Origin: Podarcis vaucheri
Lineage: Eukaryota
Length of the DNA stretch: 64,000 nt
Direction: 5' to 3' (one strand)
Assembly: GCA_965113315.1 (NCBI GenBank)
Contig: OZ220373.1
Under the pieces are notes generated by a model. That model saw only the letters and a list, made by a program, of their open reading frames with translations, had not been told where the DNA came from and did not search any database. This document shows, piece after piece, positions 42,389 through 53,360 of the stretch (position 1 is the stretch's first letter; each line of letters starts with the position of its first letter). A program made the position numbers and the translations under genes.

Positions 42389-44749
42389 GAGCAGTTCCAG
42401 AGAACGGGGAAACGGGAGACCGGGACCATCAGGTGGGGGAGATGGTCACCAGGGAAGCGATCAGGAGACTATTCCTGCCGCAAGCCTGCCCGACTGTGGC
42501 TCGTTCATTCTCCCTGCACAGAAGAGTAGGTGCGCAACTTGCCAGTCTGAAAGGTCACCCCTTCACAGAGCAGAAGAGGTCAGGCGAGGAAGCGGACGCG
42601 CCGAGACAGGCCACCTTCACCTCTGCACTTGGAGCCACTTGACTCTGGCTTTGAATCTGCCCCCAGAGAGATGGCGCTGGCAGGTTTCCGATGGAAGGGA
42701 AAGCCCTTGTCTCTCTCTCTCTCCACTTTGCACCGACAGGGCCCCTTAACCCGAATTGCGCCCTTTGGGATAATCTTAACAGCAGCGCTTTCAAAGACGT
42801 GCGCCAACACGTCTGTTCTGAAATCCCAAAAGCTTCCCTTTCAAACGAGCTGGTGGTGGGTATCTAACGAAATCGCCCAGCCACTGAATGCATGCATGAG
42901 ATGAAATGTGACCCCCTCTTTCGCTCGGGTAACATCTGAGAGGGGAGGCCAGGAAAAGTTCAAACGCTCCTTGGTGCCCCGGCGCGCCTACTCGAGCACC
43001 AGCCAGGCGCTGCTGCTCTGGAAGTGGCCGGGTTGCCGTCCGATGGGGATCCCTCTGCGCAAGCCGCGCGCAGGGCAGCAACTCCCGGCAGTCAGCTGAG
43101 CCTCGTGGCCTGGCCGAGAACGTGGAGAGGGCGCCCCAGGCTTGGAGTCCGGGTCGGGCAGAGCTTTGGGGGGGGTGTGAGATGAGGCCCATAGGGACCC
43201 CACTCCTTTTATCCACACTGGCCACGAGTTTGGGTCTTAGAAGCCCGTGAATTTGCGGCGTTGGGTGAAAGGCAGACCCTACTGAGTATCATGGTAACTG
43301 GAAACACGCGGTGACAACAGATGGACTTTTAGGTCTGCGTGGAATTATAAAGAGTCAGGACTCATTGAAAGCCATGAGGAATTTAAGGAATGTAAAAACG
43401 ACCTCCTCTTGCTTATAACAAAAGTGATTAGCAACGTCAGTAATACATGCTTCTTTTCTTTCTTTCTTTTTTGCTATTAATATTTCACAGTGTCACCAGA
43501 CGGTGAAGGTAAATCGAAACTGGCTTCAGGAGTTCAACAGATTGAGTGAGAAAAAAGATCTTTCGGCAGGGAGGGGGGAAGTCGCCCCTCCCGGCAAAGG
43601 CGGACCCTGTTTCAGCAAGGAATGGAAAACTCTGCTGCCCCGGCCTCGCACCGGGAGGCCCAGGGCGGAGAGGCGGCGTCCTGGGAGCGTCCAGGATCTT
43701 TAAAAAAGTTCTTCGCTATCTGATTTGTCACAAAATAGATTCTGTTAGAATAAAAAATAAACGTTTCAACCAAGTATTAGAAGCAACATTTTAAATACTG
43801 GTATTATTTGCTCTATATTACATTTGTCGCTAAAACATCCTTTTAGGGTTTTTTTTTTAATGACTCAGCAAACTCCCTAGGAACCACATAAGCAAAGAGC
43901 GCTCGGTAGTTTTGGCGCATTTGGAAGTAAAATAAAGTCCTCTTTCAATGCTCAGATTTGCTGAAGTCGCTCAAGTCTTCCTCATTAATAAACACCAAAC
44001 AAAGCACCCACTGATTAAATGTATGGTTTCAGTTTGGGTGGCACTGCCTCTCCGCAGCCTTAAGTAGAAAGAGTAAAATAGCCATTGCTGGAGTTACACG
44101 CGCATCCTAAACACATTGACGCGACACGTACGTCTCACAAACGTGAAAGGCTTAGGATCGCTACCATTGTGTCAATAGAGTTTATTAGGGCCCCTGAATA
44201 TAAAAAGCACGGAAATATTTTATTATTATTATTTTTAAAAAACCCGCCCAAAGCGTTTGCGGGAAATCATTAAAGAGCCTAACGCGTGGGCGGGACCATG
44301 GTTAGCGAGAGTTGAAGTCCACCATTAAAATCAAGGAGAACTGAAAGTGAGCTCCGACGGCGGGGAGGAGCGAGGGAGAGCCGGGCGCTAGGACCCGGGA
44401 GGCGCCGCGCCCGCCCGCCATCAGCTCGGTGCCGGGCTCTGTCAGGGCAATTAGAGCTGCACCAGGCTGCGCGGTGCGGTGCTGCTGTCAGCCTTAATCT
44501 GCGCACTGATGGGCAGCCCGAAATCCCCGCCGCAGCCCACAGGAAGCACAACCAGTGAACCCATATTGCTTTGACAGTTGCACTCATCTAGAAATAATGC
44601 AAAACGCTACTTAGATGTAGACACGGCGACCCTGTGCTCTAGGAAGAAAACAATCTAATGAGGGGCTGGGACTGCCGAGCGCCGCCGCCGCCCAGACGCG
44701 CAGGCGGGAAGGCAGGCAGGCGCCGGCTCCCGCCCGCCCACCCGCCCGG
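41960..44749 (-). other. FAM172A: Probable FAM172A 3'UTR (~2.8 kb)
   Basis: Runs from the stop codon to a minus-strand AATAAA (plus tttatt 41980-41985). A proximal alternative AATAAA lies at plus 44181-44186. The end point is inferred. Confidence 0.5.
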
Positions 44750-45320
44750 TTACAGCTCCTCGTAGCGGATCCGCTGCGAGCGGCGCGTCGGAGCCGCTTT
44801 GCCCGAGCTGCTCTTCGCCTCCATGGCGTCGCCGAAGAAGCGGAAGATCGACGCGTAGCTCTTCCACGAGGTCAGCTCGTGCCGCTCCGTGCCTGCAAGA
44901 CACAAGGAAGGAGAAGCACAGCGTCACTGCCTGCGACTCGGGCGGAGGGAAGGGAGGAGGGGAGGGGGAGGAGGACACTCCGCCCCCCGACGACAGCGAG
45001 CCACAGGGGTCAAGTTGAGGAGCGGGACGCAGGCGGCGGCCGGAGCAGCGTCGCCAGGCGCGCAGGCAGCCCCCGCCCTCCCGGATCCCCCCCCCCCTTC
45101 TTGGCGAAAGGGCACCCAGGCTGAAATCCTGCGCACCCTGACCCGGGAGTGCATGCCCCTGGCATCAGGGGGCCTTGCCTGTTCTGCGTAAGGGCGCAGC
45201 CAGGCCTGGGGCTGTGAAAGGTTAGGCTCTCCGTCAGAGCACGGGAGAGGGGTTTTCTGAAGCCCGGCAGCCCGCAAGGCCTGCCCTCTCATCCAGGCTG
45301 CCCGTGCCAAGGCTGATTGT
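44340..45320. other. CpG island over the FAM172A terminal coding exon
   Basis: Very GC- and CpG-rich; third codon positions of the exon are almost all G/C. Confidence 0.85.
44750..44892 (-). CDS. FAM172A: FAM172A (ARB2A) last coding exon
   Basis: Minus-strand acceptor ...cttctccttccttgtgtcttgcAG|GC. Translates (G)TERHELTSWKSYASIFRFFGDAMEAKSSSGKAAPTRRSQRIRYEEL then TAA (plus-strand tta 44750-44752). Matches the FAM172A C-terminus as I recall it (GTDRHELTSWKSFPSIFKFF...TRRSHRIKHEEL). FAM172A is the known tail-to-tail neighbour of NR2F1. Confidence 0.95.
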
Positions 45321-45624
45321 GGCAACTCACAACTGCGAGAGGAGCATTCTGCACATGCTAGGGGGGCACTGCCTTCCCCTGCTTCACCAGGCCTGCAGCT
45401 TGGCACTGAAAAGAGCTTCTGAACTCTTGACTCAAATTAAGCCCCAGGGAAGGGAAAGGAGTTGTTAACCAGCCTTAAGACAGGAAAAGGGCTCTCATTG
45501 AGAAGGGGTAGGATTCCGGTTTGGTACTAAGTATCCTGTCTGCCTCTTTTCTCCACCAACCATTTAGATCATTCCCAACGGGGTTAATTATTTTCATTTT
45601 CATTTGTTTTAAAGTTCAAGATAC

Positions 45625-45690
45625 TGCCCTTACAACAAACCTACACAGTTATTCACATTTTATAGAGAGGAAATCAGGTCTGAAAGCTAA
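45625..45690 (-). mobile_element. MIR/CORE-SINE-like fragment
   Basis: CCTTACAACAAACCTA...TTATTCACATTTTATAGAGAGGAAATCAGG resembles the reverse MIR core (CCTCACAACAACCCT...CCCATTTTACAGATGAGGAAACTGAGG). Confidence 0.5.
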
Positions 45691-48600
45691 TAGTTCTGAA
45701 ATAAACTTAAGAGAAAACATGGGAGACTTAATGGATACATGCCACACTGGTCTAAATCTAATACCCTAATCTACTAGGGGCAGGTGCAGAGACTCTCCTA
45801 TACCTGCAACAGTTACATAGTAACAGATATTTTGGCAGATGCAGATCCTTGACAAGCTGAACATGCAAAAATCTTGTCTGCAAAGAGTAAAGATGTAGGA
45901 GTAATGCCCTTTGGTAGTCTGATCATCCTATTATGTTTATATTCCCAATTTTTGATGGAACAGAACCTTGGGAAGCTGAGCACTTAAGTGGCTTGATTAG
46001 CAAGGCGCTCTCAGGCAGCAGTATATGTGACCTTGTTTTAGGAAAGCTGGGGTGCCTTTCAAACAGAAGTAGTACCATAACGTCTTTTCTCCAGTGTTTC
46101 TTGTTCCCAAAAGACAGCTGCTTAATTAGGTACACTTTCCTGTATGACCAGGCATTTTACTCTTCTACAAGCAGGAATCAAGTGAACAGACCGAGAAACA
46201 ACTTTTTGTGCTTAAAACACTCATATCCATTTAGATAAAGCCTCTCTTTTAATAAACCAAATGTATGCTGTTATGGTGATGGTCCCCCACACCTGCAAAA
46301 ACACAGATTAAATCTATTATGATTAATACATACATACGTACATACATACATACATATATATATGCTGTAGCACCATAAATCTGTATTCTGGAAAAGTGAG
46401 ATGGATCTGGGATCATTGTTCTTGACATATGCTTTTCCTCTCTCACACTGATTGGCTAAGGAGTCCCAAAACCTTTTACTCCCCTGCATGTTTCTTTCAT
46501 AAACCAAACAGTAACAGCATCTAATAATCCCCCCCAATACCCAGCAACCAGATGCCCTGAAAGAGTTCAGAGCCCTTCCTATATAACACAATTATGCAGA
46601 GATGCTGCTGGGAAGCCTCCAGATCCCAGGNNNNNNNNNNNNNNNNNNNNNNNNNNNNNNNNNNNNNNNNNNNNNNNNNNNNNNNNNNNNNNNNNNNNNN
46701 NNNNNNNNNNNNNNNNNNNNNNNNNNNNNNNNNNNNNNNNNNNNNNNNNNNNNNNNNNNNNNNNNNNNNNNNNNNNNNNNNNNNNNNNNNNNNNNNNNNN
46801 NNTGGGAGTTACAACAATAAAGGACATGATGGCCCTGGCCTACCCTGAAGGAGAGCTTTCCTGATGGGTGGTTGGGTGTCTCTGGGATGCGAGTGATAGG
46901 AAAAAAAATATTCTGAGTCCCTGCTGGATCATACCAATGGTAGTAATACTAGCATACAGTTGCAAAGCCACTTCCTTACAAAACCAACATTCTTACTACT
47001 CCCATAAAGAGATCCCTTTCCAGAGGCAACTATTACACAAAGACCCTTCTACAGTGCATATACATCCCACCTCGGAGGTTTGCTTTTCTAATCTAATTTG
47101 CACATATATTCCCCTACACTCTTAACACTTAAGGCAGGTCACTTCAAAGAAGGATATCACTTCCACAGATGCCTTTTATAAAATGCATTAACCATCACAT
47201 ACAAGCACCTTTAAAACAAAGGGCTTTGTATCACAGCAAACATCCTGGGGACATTAAGGGCACAAAGAATTCCTTGTAACACAAAGAAAAAGATAGATAG
47301 CACTTTTTCAAAGATATCTCACCTGCCCATAGATAAATCTGGCACACATATGTTGTAAGTTATAGCAAATAGACTAAAATTGCAAAAAGACAATTGGCTC
47401 TCTTAAACAGGTAGCCACAATTACATTATTGTCCCCACTTCTAATTGCATTTAAGCAGAACACAAAGGTAGTCAATAATCTCCATTCACAATTTTTAATC
47501 TTACATATTAGTACTGTAGGATGCTACTCTGCACAAATATTTTCCACATCTTCCACATCCGTAGTACAACTAAGATTTATCCCTTTATGTTGTCACTGAT
47601 CTCTCTCTCATAAGCCAGTATACCTTCATTTGTAAATATAGGCCTACATTTACAATAAATTACTTGCAGAGTGATGGGAATGTTTCACTATTTATCACAT
47701 CTGTTTTCCTTTGTGAACAGCCATCTTCCAAATACACATGACCAAAAAAAGTGAGAGAAGACACGTGCTAATTGTACTCCCATCCTTTTCTCTCTCCTTC
47801 AATATGTAACCTACACTTTTCCTTAGAAGAGATCATACTTACACTTGCTAGTGTTGCTGAGACTATGATCAACTTGTTAAGATTTCCCGTAGCAATCCTC
47901 TTATGCCACTTCTCTCCAAAACCAATTCAGGCTTTTGAATCTAGAGGGAACTGATGACTCAATGGGCTAAAGCAATTTTAACTCCCTTTCCTCATTGTCT
48001 CTTACCTTGTAACAATCTTACTGATGGATGAACAATTTCCCTTGTGGTACAATCGCTACAATGACTTTTTAGTTTCTACAATTATGATGATCTGTTGCTT
48101 GACTAGGATTGCTCTAAAATCTTAGTCCTCTCATGCTGTCAAGTATAAATGCTGACCCTTCATAACATTTGAGATGTCACATTTTGCTCACAGATATTCA
48201 TGGTTAACTATCAGAGGGGGGGGGGAGAGTAGCACATCTTTCCAGGATTTCACAGTAAAACATTATGGCCACCATCCATGGAATGTTCCATTGATCTGTT
48301 CTTCTCATTATATAACAATTTTGCCAAATGGAAATGAGCAGGAGGCAAAAACATGTATCCAAGTAGTAGCAGGAAATAATAGGCCTAAGTCATTTCATGG
48401 TAAATGAAATATTCTCACAATATTATTTATTCTCACAATAAAGAGAATAAAGTAATGTGTTAAAATATTGATCAAAATCACAGTGAACCAGATAGTAAAC
48501 TTTGCATAGGAATACAAGTGCGGTCCATTTTCTACACAGACTTTTGTATGGGGCTTAAAAAAATATCCACTGAGGGACAAAGGACGAGGAACGAGAACAA

Positions 48601-49023
48601 CATTTTATCTGCCTCCCATGGCTCTGCTTCTTTATACTACTATAAGTTAGGGAATCAATGTAGGAAAGCAGGATTCTTTTGGCATGTATTATTTCTGGGA
48701 TCAGGAACCAGGAAATCAAATTACAGTGCATCTCTATATGGCTACCCACTTTTCAGCTAATGTAAAATTAAGAAGACACTGGACTTCAGCAGCACATTTC
48801 TAGGGACAATGAAGCTTCGACAACGAAATTGCTTCAAAAGCATCTTTTTGATATAGAAGAACTTGCACTGCTGTCCCTGAGGAGCAAACTCATAAAAACT
48901 TCATTTACAAAAAGTCCTCTGTTCTGGCACCTGCTGGAGGCTCACCTCCTCTCTTTCCTTTTTTTGGCTAGTTTTGGCAGTGCCCTCCATTCTTTTTTCT
49001 TATGAAAAATTATGGTAACAAAA

Positions 49024-49109
49024 AATTCAATCCCAACCATGTCTACTCAGGAGTAAGTCTTACTCAGTGAGGCTTACTCCTAGTAAGTAGAGTTAGGATT
49101 GCAGCCTAA
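49024..49109. mobile_element. Short (~85 bp) palindromic interspersed repeat; related copies near 37951-38031, 40641-40736, 19966-20038 and 51358-51436
   Basis: Shared architecture (GGCTG)CAATCC...GGAGTAAG...CTTACTCC...GGATTGCAGCC, with self-complementary ends. Confidence 0.55.
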
Positions 49110-49127
49110 GGCAATAGCTAATTGAGG

Positions 49128-49197
49128 TTTCCTAATTCCTATCTAGCCTATATATATATATATATATATATATATAGGCTAGATAGGAATTAGGAAA
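49128..49197. repeat. Perfect 70-bp palindrome centred on (TA)14
   Basis: TTTCCTAATTCCTATCTAGCC-(TA)14-GGCTAGATAGGAATTAGGAAA; the 21-nt arms are exact reverse complements. Confidence 0.95.
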
Positions 49198-49949
49198 TAT
49201 ATATATATATATATAGGAACTTCATGAAATGCTTGGTTGACAAAATGTAGCTAGATGTCTATGATCAAAGTCATTGATTACCACATGGCTGAACTGAATG
49301 AAATCATTGGGAGAGGCAGCTATTAGTATAAGTTCTTTGCCGAAGGACAAAACTGGAGGCTGAAATATGAAATATTTGTACCAAGTGAATAAAAACTATT
49401 CAAATTCAGTGCAGCCACACTGACTGAGCAATGCAACAGAATAAAACCACAAAAACAACTTCAAGAAATAAACCTTATGGGATTTATGCAATCTGAGAAG
49501 TATGGTGTAATGAGAGGGTGTATTAAAATCAATGAGTGGGAGAAGGTAAGAACAACCTAGAATCTTGCTACCCTTAAGAATTTTCAATTGTACCAGAAGC
49601 ACTGAACATGAAGAGCTCATGTAGTTTCACAGGGGACTGTTTCAATATATGAGGGTAGAAAATAACTGCTTTGGAAATCATTAGTTTGCAAGGCAGCCAT
49701 TTTAAAATCTGAGGCAATTTAAAGATGAAGGCAGAAGAAATGCAAAATGGATCCATGCTAGCCAAAGGAAGCAATAATTTTTAAAATACTAAGTGAAAAA
49801 TAGTAAACACAAAGTGGATCTACTAATGAATGATTTAATTTGTCTAAAAGGGGTAAGATAGTAGACAGTTTTAATATCAGTCTAAAAATACAGAAAAGTA
49901 GTACTGATGAACAATGGAGACCTTGTCAATATAACTGTTGGATTAGAAA

Positions 49950-50116
49950 AAAAATACACAGATGTGGGAATACTTAGAAAATAATAATATACAAATCAGC
50001 AGGTCTGGATGACAAGCATCACAGAGTCGTAAGGGAATTAGTTAATGAATTTGCTGAACTACTGGCAATTATTTCTGAAAACTCATGCAGAATCAGGAAG
50101 ATGCCAGAGCACTGGT
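49950..50116 (+). mobile_element. Degenerate CR1 LINE ORF2 fragment
   Basis: Remnant YKSAGLDDKHHRVVRELVNEFAELLAIISENSCRIRKMPEHW resembles CR1 KSAGPD.MHPRVLKELADEIAEPLAIIFENSWRTGEVPEDW. Confidence 0.75.
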
Positions 50117-50143
50117 GTGGGTGGGAAGCAACTACTGTATTAC

Positions 50144-50194
50144 GAAGAAGAAGAAGAAGAAGAAGAAGAAGAAGAAGAAGAAGAAGAAGAAGAA
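50144..50194. repeat. (GAA)17 microsatellite
   Basis: Seen directly. Confidence 0.95.
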
Positions 50195-51523
50195 ATAAAT
50201 GGTATTCTTAAAAGGGAAAAATCCACACATACCTACAAGGTAATGAGAAATTTAGGAATAAATAGAAATAGACATGTCAATAATTATATCACACTGAATT
50301 ACTAAGTGTCTAGGCAGTAACATGGATGATTTTCTGTTTGTCCAGTACAGTAATGGTTTTCCTGGAGATATGCACAAAGAACTGCAGTATTATTAACCTA
50401 GTGGGTTGAGAAGTTTCCATTACCTCCCATTTGTATCCAGGCAGAGCTAGATAACTAGGGGCAGAAGCAACATTTCTAGAATTAGAAGGTCATATGCAGT
50501 GACCCCAATCCAGAGAACCTCACGTGCAGCACTAGAATGCATGCAAGGTTCTTCTTGCCTTGGTCTGGCAGAACTGTACAAACTGATGGGGAAAGAAGGC
50601 GAATAAATCACATGGGATGCTGACTCTCTTGCATGGTGTGTTCAGCGGGACAGTGCATGCCATCCTGAATACTGAAAGTGTTAGATTTTAGCATCCTTTT
50701 GCATGTGAAGGGAATAATTCAGAAAATGGTGTACACAGAGAAGTATTTCTAAGCATTACTTGCCTATGCTTCTTGGGGGAGGTGAATCAGATTATTATTA
50801 TTATTAAAATGGCTCTGAAGGTGTGTGGGGCCAACTGTAACATCTTACTGTACAAATATTCTCTCAACAACTGCGAATTAATCATATCACCAAGTGCTTA
50901 TCTTAGATTTACTGTGTGACTGAATAGGATAGTTTTAATACAATACAATCCGCTCCACTCTGTCCCATTCTGTTTTCCCCTTTTCGTGACATCTCTATGA
51001 TGTTTGGGGGCTACTTCCCAGTTTGATTGTGCATCATTTGGACACTCCTAAACTGGCCATTGTCTGTGGAACAATTTATGAGATTATATCAATGACATAG
51101 GCAGACAAGCTAGAGTTCATGTTTAGGCCCAGGATTCCAGAGTAAACTCATGACTATTCTGAAGACAGTTGAAAATATGCAATTAACTTCAGTGGGATTG
51201 GGCAAAGTATTAGGCTCATGTTTTAAAAACATCATTAACAACCTGGAATAGTAAATAAATGTGTTAATGTTAAATTAATTAGGAAAATATCTACAAAATG
51301 GAAAGCAAAATAAGCATTAATAGGAGTGGGGGGAAATACTGAGATGTTAGACATCTACAGTGCAATTCTTTGCATGTTTATTTAGATTTCAGTGGGGTTT
51401 ACTCTACAAGAAGTATGTTCCATGATTCTAACCTTAAGCAGGAAAAAAGTATGATTTAGTTTTGTATTTCCAGAAAACTATCACTAGTGAATGTGCAAAA
51501 TAATAAACAGCTGCACTTCATAT

Positions 51524-51565
<42 letters not shown>
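51524..51565. repeat. (TAC)14 microsatellite
   Basis: Seen directly. Confidence 0.95.
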
Positions 51566-51567
<2 letters not shown>

Positions 51568-52079
51568 AACATTTCTGGGCTTTTTCATGACAGGGGCAGA
51601 AATTCAATTTAAATTATTTTGTTGTTGCTGCTGCTCCCAGAAACTCCTCAAACTCCTCTTCTGAGTATTACAGTCTCTTTTGGTATTGGGCACTGAGATT
51701 AGAGCTGCTATAATTTACACCTGGAGATTGCCTGAGTAGGTGTTTGCCTACTGTGCAGGACAAAGTGCTCCTTCCGCAGAGTTTACAAGTTTCTGTAGGA
51801 CAACGAGTCCCTGTTGTGGAGTATACAAGCTATGTAAAACAAAAGCTTGTCCTGCTGTGCAGAAAAAGATTTCAATACAAATCTTCATCTGCAGATAACA
51901 TACCTAGGTTGATACACTTCATTTTAGTTATTTGCTGCAGTGGTAATGTCAAAACATTTCTCCAAGGACCGGACGATGCTTGAAATTTTCAATTATGTCA
52001 GGTTATGCCAATCCAACTAAATTCAGTTCAGTTGGATGCATTGGACTAGGAACAACAACAACAACAACTGTCAGGGACA

Positions 52080-52172
52080 TCTCTGTAGATGTTGTTGGAT
52101 TATAATTGCTATAAGTCCCTGCCAGTATGACCAGTGTTAATGGATGATGGGAGTTGTAGTCCAACAACATTA
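52080..52172. mobile_element. Palindromic MITE-like remnant of a type common in lizard genomes
   Basis: Inverted arms ATGTTGTTGGATTATAATT ... AGTTGTAGTCCAACAACAT; family assignment is from recall. Confidence 0.55.
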
Positions 52173-52734
52173 TTGGCTTCTTGCAGAAAATGTCTAATTT
52201 CAGGTGCTGGCACAGAAATCAACTTGTGCATTTACTGGTGACGTGAATCTTCACCATAGCTTTACAAGAAAGGGAATAGGAGATTCTCAGAATATTACCT
52301 GCTAGACAATGAATAATGATATGTGCTTTAGTTAATCTGCAAACAGGTATGCTGGATCTTGGGCTTCCTATCTTTGTTATTTTCTGAAACCTAAAAAAAA
52401 AAAAAATTCAAGCCCCCTTTAAACACCTGGAAATTCAGTGGTTACACTAAAGGCATGGCTGCCATATGAAGTGCAGTGGCCCTATCATGAATCCAAGTGA
52501 ACTTATGTTCCACACTATTTCATGGGTTGAGACCTGTAATTTTTACAAAAGCTTATTTCAGATATGTAGCCAGTGATGTTATATGCCTAGTTTTTAAAGC
52601 CTAAATTCACCTCCCTTTCTGTACTACTTCCGCTAGCAAAATATGTATAGTGCTGTCATATCACTTCCCAGTCTCCTTTTTATAAGCTAAAGGGGCAAAA
52701 CCTTTGAAACATCTACTCAGAAAATACATTTTAC

Positions 52735-53360
52735 TTAACCAACCTGATTGCTTTTTGCATGGATTCCATTTCGAATATTTTTTATTTAAATGGGCAACCA
52801 ACATGAAGCATTTTTCCAGATGTGGTCTTATCAGCACCTAGTACGAGGGTACCAATAATTCTTTTGTTCCTACCAAAGTTTCCTACCCTAATAAATCCAA
52901 GAACAGACTTTGCCTTATAAGCTTGTAAAATTTACTTTTTCCTCTTTGCATCAGCATCACATTGGTAGTTCACTTTCACCTTGTGACCACCCAGTATCTT
53001 GAAATCTCTTTCTTCCCCAGTTGTTCCTACTTGATGAGCCCACAGTCCCAAATGCATGACCTTACACATATTGAATTTTCTTGTATTTTTATTATTACAC
53101 CAGTTCATGAGATCATCTATTTCAGTCTGCATAATTTCCTGATCCTTCCTTGTATTGACACTGCCTCCTCGCTCAGTATCAGCTGCAAATTTAATCAAAA
53201 CACCCCTACTTCTCTTTCTATTACTAATAAAAATACTGAATAAACTTCAGCCTAAGAATGGTCACAGGGATATTCTACTGCTGATTTCTTTCCAATTAGA
53301 ATTTTTGCTTTTAGTAAACCCTTTTGTATTTTTCTCTTTCTCCATAGTTTTAGGGTCACA
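52735..53360 (-). mobile_element. Degenerate CR1 LINE reverse-transcriptase fragment
   Basis: Minus-strand translation IKFAADT..GG.VNT...Q.EID.L.NW...KFN.CKVMHLG...EERD...QCDA.AK resembles CR1 ORF2 (KFADDTKLGG...KCKVLHLG...ERDLGV...QCDAAAKKA). An RPHLE-like segment lies near 52800-52850. Confidence 0.85.

Noticed and set aside
44540-44620. SECIS-like ATGA...AAA pattern in the FAM172A 3'UTR (minus strand)
   Set aside because: The 3' GA quartet partner is not evident, the exon ends in TAA, and FAM172A is not a known selenoprotein.
44655-44978. 107-aa minus-strand ORF as the FAM172A product
   Set aside because: It overlaps the exon in the wrong frame; the true frame ends at TAA 44750.
46631-46825. 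Penultimate FAM172A exon hidden under the sixth N-run (flank reads YCCNS on the minus strand)
   Set aside because: No AG acceptor, the Trp I recall after CCN is absent, and the flank resembles the TGGGAGTTGTAG MITE motif.
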